Notes under the pieces: generated by a model
Database searches by the model: none
What the model was told of the DNA's origin: nothing
What the model saw: only the letters and a program-made list of their open reading frames with translations
Origin: Octopus vulgaris
Taxonomy: Eukaryota
Direction: 5' to 3'
DNA length: 64,000 bases
Assembly (NCBI GenBank): GCA_951406725.2
Contig: OX597816.1
Location: 59,210,001-59,274,000, forward strand
Part shown: piece by piece, positions 55,325-64,000 of the stretch
Layout: each line of letters opens with the position of its first letter
How positions within the stretch are numbered: the stretch's first letter is position 1
Program-made: the position numbers and the translations under genes

Positions 55325-56400
55325 CCCTTTCGTTACCAAACCGCCCAAAACCGCCCGGAAAAAATTTTGGCTAATGTGACCAAACCGCCCGTATTTACCT
55401 ATTCATATTTAAATGAGAATATCAGAGCAAATCTCTTTAGTACATTCATGAAAACATGTATTATACTTCGTAAACAGTTCAACTACAGTTTTGTACAAAA
55501 ATCGAAGTTTAATTTTAATTCCGTGAATTTTGGGAGATTTTTTTCCGAAATTTGTTCCTATTGTGTTTTCAAAATTTGTAATTCTGACAAAAAATGGATA
55601 CGAATTTCATTATATCAAGCAGCGAGTCAGAATTCGAAGGATTTTCTACTGAAGACCTTGATAAATCTAACTCTATGACTGAAAAAAAAAAGCACGTGGT
55701 ATTTGATAATGAATCTGATGTTTCATTTTCCGAAAGTGAAAACAGTGAATCCGAGAGCTCCGACAGCGATAAAGAAAATGAATTGGCACCTGAATGGAGT
55801 GAAAATTTAAAAACTGTTTCTTCCGGTGATTTTTCTGAAGAAACTGGACCAAGCCACAGATTTTCCCAGAAGAGTAAAGACTTAGACTATTTCTTTTTAC
55901 TTTTTCGAATGAGCCTATTTGAAATCATTACGGCGGAAACGAACCGTTACGCTAAATGTAAACAAAACGAAAGAAAGGATAGTTAGTGGTTTCCCATAAC
56001 CTTAAATGAAATTAAGACTATTTTGCAATAAATATTATTATGGGTATCAGAAAGTTACCCAGAATAACAAATTCTATCGTAAAATTTTGTTGTATACCCA
56101 ATTGAATATTAGCTAATAACCCATTTTCTATAGCGATGCTTGAACAAAATTTTAATAATTCTATATTTTGTTGAATTTACCTGTATCTACCTGCAATTAG
56201 AGTCAGTTTGTGACAAAAATTATAGTATAGAATTGGTTGAGAACATTTCATTAAATTATCTTCCAAAATTCACGTTAATATATTGATAAATAAAAAAGTT
56301 ATAGTTGTTTAATGAAACCAGACTAAATTTATGATTATGTTAGAAATTAATTGAAACACATAAGGGGTGTATTTTGGTCAGAAATATAGTAACGAAAGGG
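55325..56400 (+). mobile_element. Internally deleted piggyBac element with transposase fragment
   Basis: TTAA on both sides; TIR CCCTTTCGTTAC / GTAACGAAAGGG; ORF 55594..55986 with acidic N-terminus then DYFFLLF..LFEIITAETNRYA, followed after a stop and frameshift by IMGIRKLPRI (PGBD-type). Confidence 0.92.
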
Positions 56401-57403
56401 TTAAAGGGTTGTTGCCAAAGAAACATCTAGCCATGACAACCCATGCCCATACAAAAGAGATGTGTAAAAATGTTGATGGCAGGGGCAGTGGTGTAGGCAG
56501 CAACAAAAGTGACAACAATGATGAAGATGTCAAGTTTGTCCAAAAATCTGCATCCAAAGGAAATTTCAAAATAGATATAGTCTGGTCCAAGAATTATGAT
56601 TTCAGCAGGGATATTTAGTGTAAGGCAAATAGATCCATAGCTTTTAACAATGAAGTAACAGGATGAACATATATCCCCATACTACAATCCTTTCTTCATT
56701 CTTAAATTAGATGACATTGCTATGTAAAAACAGCATAAAATGTTTCATATAACCAACAGAGTTAAAATGCATACCTGTCAGAGGCTAGTAGTTTGTGTAT
56801 TTGTTACAATTTCTGGCATTTAAATAAATTAAGTACCCTTTAGCCCCGGGTTATCAAATGCACGTACATGTGTGTGCGCACGTGATTTAGATGGGTTTCA
56901 ACCCATACTGACCAACAATCATGCCTTAGGGAACACCTGTTAATCTAACATGAAGCAGTGACACCAACACTGCAATCTGTTTAAATATAGGCAGTGTCCC
57001 AACCAATTTATGGGGATCTTTAGCTTAGAGTAATGTAGCAACATAACTTGGGTCAAGAAGCTGTTATTATTGAACAGCTTTCATTTTGTCAGTCTGGTCA
57101 ACTAAGTAAACTCAAACATTATTAATTCAGTATTGATATTTAGAAATAACAGCAACATCAATAAGTGTTTATAATATTCCAAAATCTTACAAAGTTAGGG
57201 TGGTATAAGTTAAGTACATGTATCCATACTTAAACATATAAATATTGTTAAATATTTCAAACAATACTTTATAAGTATTCTTAATGTTGGAAATAAATAG
57301 TTACTTAATGATTGTGTTGCTGAGATGCTGACAATTGATCTATAAAAATGAAAGCAGTAAGCTTCAAAACTTGGATAGGTTTTCAGAGTTGGTGCTTATA
57401 TCA

Positions 57404-57628
57404 TTAACCATTTAGCACTTAAACCAGCCACATCCAACCCAAATATTCATGCTTTACATGAAAATTGGCCATATCTAACCCCTCACACCTAACCTACACT
57501 GGCATTCTAAAAATAAACAAAAACACCATCAAAATCTCAAAGCCATAAGATAATGCATGATTAATTCAAAACAATTTGAATAAAAAAGCATTATATTTAA
57601 CAGAGTAAGCTGAATGCTAAAGGGTTAA
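57404..57628. mobile_element. TTAA-flanked MITE, second family
   Basis: Homologous to 35003-35231, TTAA at both ends. Confidence 0.83.
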
Positions 57629-60600
57629 GAGGATCAGTGATAAAACTTCCTGATAACAATCTATTACAATGGGGTTTTTTTTCTTCTTAGTTTGTGGGGG
57701 TGAGGGGAGCTGACAGATGAACTGAGAAGCATAGAAATACATTTATGGAATACCATATACCCACTTAACCATTATGCTTCCACAAAGTTTTTACAAAGTC
57801 TCAGGTAATAATAAAACTGAAAACAAAATATAAATCCAATGAATCAAAAGTTATATCATTTTTTTAGTAAGTTTATAGTATATTTCCCATTCAGTTTTTT
57901 TTTTTTTTAAGTTAGTGTTTTGCCTTTTTTAAAATTTAGGTAATTCACCTGTTAACAAAATCGCCTATAGCTTTTAATGATATTGATTAGTTAAAAAATC
58001 CCTCCTCAAGTTATAATTCATTCTCATCCTTCATCAACATATCTTAACAGCTAACACCAGTGAAAAAGTTGTAAAATATAAATAAAACAATAACATACAG
58101 ATAAAATAAAATTATAAAAAGCAAAGCAACAATAGGTATCAGACTAAAATTAAAATTAGAACCATGTTAAAGAGGTGGAAGGATCAATTTTTAATCAAAT
58201 ATATTTTATAAAATAAAGCATACATTGCAACTATGTGTAGCCTGGTAAAAAGAATATATAATAATTTCAGTTAAATATTTTGCAAGGCTTCCTCTTCCAA
58301 GAAATATTCTATGAATCCCCTAGACTTTTAATTGTTCAATTTTGTGGACAATGCTTAAATCTTTAAAAACTTTTCTATCACCACAACCCACCTTACCCAA
58401 TGACTTCCTTCAAGAATTAATCAGTGCATAGTAGTGACTTTGTTGAAAAAAAAACTAACTAATGGTAACTTGAAGTTTTATGCTTTTCAGCAGAATGCAT
58501 TTTACCCAAGAATAAAGGGGAAAAAATTTAAGTAGGTAAATTATCAACTCTATGAACAGATTCTAAAATTTCAAGGACTGGTTTAGCAGCTTAAACAGAA
58601 GAAAACAGTTATATTCAAAATGATAAACATTTAATTCATACTAATATATTATTCCTTAGACTGCTATAGTTAAGTTCAAACTAATAGCATTTGGCCAATA
58701 GTGAGCAATTACATCACAGTATAACATTTTCTAATGTTTTAAATGCTGTTTTGTCCATGCTAAGTAAATTAATAAAAATATTTTAATGGGCATTAATTCC
58801 TGAATGTTATTATTTTGACAAAAGGAGTGGAAAACTAATTCATTCCACTAGAAATATGTTCAAAGAATTTTAATAAGAATTCAATATGAATATTTCTATA
58901 TAAAAATGATATACTGTTATGAAGATGGTGTTACATATGGGCATGCATGTGTATATGTGTGTGGAAATGTGAAGATATATAAATATATATATTCACATAT
59001 ACATGAGACAATGTACAAATATTCTGAATTTTTAAATAATAAATTTAGAAAAGAGCTTAATGTGCCACGACAAAAACATGTATTAATGAAAGCCTTCATT
59101 TCAGTGACTAACAGCAGTGACTTGGTTCATTTGAACTTCACAGCATTCTTATGTCTACATTTAATATAAGGAGAAAGGAGAGTGCTCATGCATTTCCAGA
59201 CCCTCCTGGATAGTGAAGAAAAGAGAAAACTTGTGTGAATGAATGAGAAAGACTATGTGATTATATCAACAGTTCTCACATCACACTAATGCAATATTGC
59301 TATCATAAAAGATTTCATTAAATTTCACATCATTTACCAACAAACTTGAAAAATCATGGCTTTTTAAAAATTTATGTTTAGTATTCATATTTATTTATGT
59401 CTATTTCTTTAAATTAAAACAATTTTATTTGATAATCAACTATTTGTATCTTTTATGAGCATCACCAGATCATAAAACAATTTTGATGTTTTTACTATAC
59501 ATGTGATTATTTTTATTACGTAACTGGTTAAAATTTTCAATACATTAAAAAAAATTTTTGACAAATTATTACTATGGCGTCAAAGCTGCATTTCTGCTAA
59601 CTTTGAACTATTAATGCGGTAAATTGTTTTTCAGTAAAATCAATTAAAATAATCTAATAATGTGAGCTTATAATAATCTAGGTACCATTCACCACCAACA
59701 ACACATTTTTATCTAACATAACAGTCTCAATATCCACAGTTACAACTTTCCCATAAAATCACTATTCTGATAATTTTCAATCATCCTATCAACCAAATTC
59801 ACATAGTATATACAACAGTTCATACTCATTTTTTTTTTTATTACAATTCTAATATCTTACAATCTACCTTTCATACAGAGATAAAAATTACCAAATGCTG
59901 GTAATGTAATGCTATTTCTGATTTCAATAGGTAATTATTTTACTAAAATACAAGTAATTTTAGAGCTTAACTATTTTCATGGTTGATCTGTTTGAAATTT
60001 CTCTTCACCTTTTCTGTACCCATAAGCTTTCATTCACCAAGCAACTATATTTTGTAACTCAAGGTTTCTGGGGTTTTTTCTTTCATATTTATGTTGTTAT
60101 TTAGGTCCAGGTAAGCACAGATTGATCAGATTTCTGATCAAAAGCATTTCAGCCATAACCACTCCATCTTTTTTGTATGTAAAATGGTTGTCTAAAGTGT
60201 AATTTGTATTTTTTTTCTTTTTAGGTGGAAATTTTAAGGTAAATTTGGCTACTTTTCCTAGCAGGTCAAAAACTACATAAAGGGGGTCCTTTTTTTTGTT
60301 TTTATAGAAGTCAGCTGTACCACTGGTAAATACTGAATTAATTTTAATGAAATGTCACTTATCATTAAATACTGTCTGCATCAAACATTAAGAATTAATA
60401 TGAATTAACACACCAGACAGTAAAAACCTTCCTTGCTAGCATATTATTTAGATGGTCGACTTCACCTTTCATCCTTCCAGGGTCAATAGAAGAAGTACTA
60501 GTTGAACACTGGGATCAATGTAATCAACTTACCCACCTACCCCCAAACTTGCTGACCTTGTGCCAAAATTTGAAACCAATATTATTTAGAATTTCTATAC

Positions 60601-62384
60601 TGAAATGAATCACTCATTTAATTAAAATTTACCAAACTGTTCATATGTCATGCTAGATAGAATTCAGAAAGGGTAAAATTAACTTAAGATATCTTACACC
60701 AAAGCATTGAATATTTTATACAGAATCTTTTATCACGCATTAATAACAGATTTTGTTATCACACATTAATAACACTTATTTAGTGAAGGTAGAAAATGTT
60801 ATTTGCTACTACCATCTATATCTACACATACTGTTGGCTTTGCTCAGGCAAGTACTAGTAGCTTTCATGTATGCCACAGCCTGCTCCTAATACTAACTGT
60901 CAATTAATGGTGCAGACTTAAATGGAAGACCATGTTGCATCAAGTCTGTCTAACAAAACAGAATCCCAAAAAGTTTGGAAATCATGATCATTTGAATATG
61001 TGCTCACATTACCTAATATTTTAACTGTTATACAATTCCACAACAAAACTAGATGATTTTTACAACACACACACACACACACGAATTTTGGTTCAAGAAT
61101 GTCTTGAAACAGTATTTAAAAGTATTTTTCCAAGGTGGTGTGGCTTGTATTATATACATTACACATTACAAGAGTGCTTTACAGCTATACCTTCAAAATA
61201 CCAGCCACTTCATTACTGGATTGGTGTATATGAGATTTTTACCAAATACACCAAAGTATGTCAAATTTAACAACCTATAACTTTTAGTGCAATAATCAAT
61301 CACATTAAATCAGCATTCCTTTTTAGCTATATGTATTGAGATAATTTTATTTTAAGCTTTAGAATAATGTTTATGAACATAATTAGAGAATATAAGAGCA
61401 ATTGTTATTTCTTCTAAATTAAGCAATATACAGAATCAACAAAAGTAGAAACCAAAATGCAGATTAAAACTGAATTAGTTCAAAGAATAAATATTCTTAT
61501 ATGAAAGGAAGTGTTTTTTTAAATGTGCTGATGCCTAATGATTTTTAACTTTGATACAAGGCCACATTTTGAAGTGGGTTGATTTCATTGACCCCAGTAC
61601 TCCACTGATGCTTATTCTAATTCACCTAGAAAAATGCAAGGCAAGAAATCAACCCTGACAAGATTTCAACATAAAGCAACATAACTAAATACCACAAAGC
61701 ATATTGTCAAGCACTCTACCAATCTACCATCCTTACTATTATCTAATAATAGCACGTATATTGTTTTTTAAAAAAAAGTCAGCAATAAAAACAAATGAAA
61801 TTTTTAATGTCTTAACAGAGTGTATGTGTGTGAGAGAGAAGGGGGTGAGAGAGGGAGAGAGAGAGAAAGAGAGAACATGTACACATACAGACGCACAAAA
61901 TCTAACTTTGCCATGTTTAACCACTCTCATCATGTTTGCCAGGCATAAATTCTACATATTTTATACACAATGTTCAACAAATTATCAAAAGCAATTTTAA
62001 AATAAAGACCCACACAAAACAATAATTTGTCTAATCTTCTGCCATAAAAATGGAGATAAAAAAATATAACATCTTTTAAGTAGTTAGGAACTATGTCTAT
62101 TGATATGGTCTCAAGGCTCTTTTTAAAGATATAGCCTGAAATGAGATTATAATGAGCATCTAACAACACAACAGCTAAGGAAGAGACCAAACAATATTTT
62201 AAAACTGTTAGTAAATAAACAGCTACAAACATATTTTACTTGATTATGATCCCTTTATAACTTGAAAAATTATCAATTAAGCAATGTATAATGTATATAA
62301 TTCTATAATTAAAATTTCATAGCATAAGATTTACATGGAAAAGATTTCAAGATAAAGTTTCCCTATATTTTTTGTTTTTAATAT

Positions 62385-62694
62385 ATACTGTTTATATTAG
62401 TCAGATTGGTGTCCTCATCTTGATTGTTGATTTCACATTTCAGATGTATGCTCCAGCCTTTTTCAGGTGTCTTGTTTTGAACTTGGGTGTTATATCAGAA
62501 TTTCAAACCCGACCCTTTATTTGATTCATGGGAGAACACTGTTCTCATTCCCATGGATCAAATAAAGGATTAGGTTCAAAATCTCAATATAACAACCAAG
62601 TTCAACACAAGATACCTGAAAAAGACTGGCGTGTACAACAGCCAAAACAGTGATATCAAGATGAGGACACCAGTCTGACTAATATAAATAGTAT
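62385..62694. repeat. Long imperfect palindrome of about 310 bp
   Basis: Arms TTTATATTAGTCAGATTGGTGTCCTCATCTTGAT / ATCAAGATGAGGACACCAGTCTGACTAATATAAA; pairing continues to a centre near 62540. Confidence 0.92.
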
Positions 62695-63247
62695 GCATAA
62701 TATAAATTCCTCATCTCACAAATATAGAATAGTAATTTGTTTTTTCCCCAATCAAATTGTAAAATATTATCAACCCTTTTGTAAGTCAATGATAAATTAA
62801 AAAACTACAAAATACAGAATACAAATTCAAACACTGAATAATAAATACCATGATTTTATAATCTATATGACAGAACTATTGTATTACAGTCTGAGGACAG
62901 ATAATAAGTGCTGGTCCAATGTTGCAAGACAAGCAATCACAATAAAAATCTAAAAAGATTGCAATATCAGCAAATACACCAATTCTGAAACAGTGAATCC
63001 TACATATACAGATATTAGCTACATATAGCTTTTGGACATGCACACTTTTTAACTATGGAATGAAATAAGAAACCACATAAAGGATAACACATCAAGCAGC
63101 AACTTGTGCACAATATGTAAACAACAAAAACTGCAATATATATAGGACAAGATTAGCAAGGGGAGTGATTCTGTTGAGAAATAGGTTCTAATAGCGGCAC
63201 AAGTGTTAACGGTCTAGAGAATAACACCATAGCGATGGATTGACAAC

Positions 63248-63382
63248 CTGAAACGGTGGACAGGACTTGCTGAAGGAATGCTGGCCCACCAAGCTCAGAA
63301 CCAAACTTGGAGAAAACTTGCAGACCAGGCAGTTGTCTTCGACCCACTTCACGAAGTGGGTCACACATAATGAGGCAGCCCA
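63248..63382 (-). CDS. Candidate cassette exon (GCLIMCDPLREVGRRQLPGLQVFSKFGSELGGPAFLQQVLSTVS)
   Basis: TTTTAACAG acceptor, CAG|GTTGTC donor (weak); 135 nt, phase 1 to 1, matching the next exon; GC-rich island in an AT-rich intron. Confidence 0.45.
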
Positions 63383-64000
63383 CTGTTAAAATAATGATAT
63401 ACAAATGAGCAGCTGGGTGAAAACTGACTTTTATAGTCAACAAATTGCTTTCATTTAATCCAATAGCAAATATAGATGCTCAGGACACCGTAAAGTATGC
63501 AAAGATCCTTCATGAAACTTAGATTACCTAATTTTTAAAATTTGTTTAGCTTCAAATTTGTTAATGCTACATTGAAATACAGGTTGATTTAAAATATCTA
63601 ACTTTTGGTTAATTACTTCCTTTTTCTTACCCTCAGCCATCTTTAACCAATGGAAATATTTGGACATGCAAATAAATCATTGATAAACTGTAATTAAAAC
63701 ACCTAATATAGCACTACAAATATGAGTTATTAAGAAAGGAAAAAAACTGAAAGATTTTTCAGTTTTATATGGAATTTTCATTTAAATATTAAAAATTGTA
63801 CAAATAGTACGAAATAAAGGTCTATTTTTCTTTTCTTGATTTTATAAGATATTAAAAAAGTTTACAGCTATTTAAGTTTAAAATTTTATTATTTAACATT
63901 AGAAACTGTAAAAATCTGTTAATATTGTACATATGAATATAGTACCTTATTATACATGAGAAATAATAAAATGTATGTACTAACTATATAGCTTCTTATA

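Noticed and set aside
57940-57962. Recursive-splice-like TTTTGTTAACAG|GTGAAT (also near 46410)
   Set aside because: Short pyrimidine tract; expected by chance in AT-rich introns.

Overview
AT-rich eukaryotic genomic DNA with many (AT)n/(CA)n microsatellites and SINE/RTE/MITE families typical of octopus, so probably Octopus sp. (inference). The whole window lies inside one large minus-strand gene, the KMT2C/KMT2D (MLL3/4, trithorax-related) H3K4 methyltransferase orthologue. I assembled by eye 15 phase-compatible GT-AG exons (50927 down to 89; 6855 nt, about 2285 codons). They cover the pre-HMG motif, the HMG box, a 2.7 kb glutamine-rich exon and the conserved FDIL.Y.DPEL and PLL.QDLL motifs; the PHD and SET exons are outside the window. 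Two of these exons (16891-16968, 12982-13041) and one further candidate (63248-63382) are frame-symmetric and could be cassettes. Introns carry a deleted piggyBac with related MITEs, mariner and Tigger remnants, a Helentron-like insertion, RTE fragments, tRNA-derived SINEs and Penelope-like remnants. The most notable observations are a near-canonical minimal hammerhead ribozyme sense to the pre-mRNA (52941-52978), two long intronic hairpins, candidate alternative or terminal exons that could give SET-less isoforms, a relocated prion-like polyQ domain, and a cluster of short perfect local duplications around the HMG exons. No prokaryotic systems and no clearly new biological system are evident; the findings are hypotheses.
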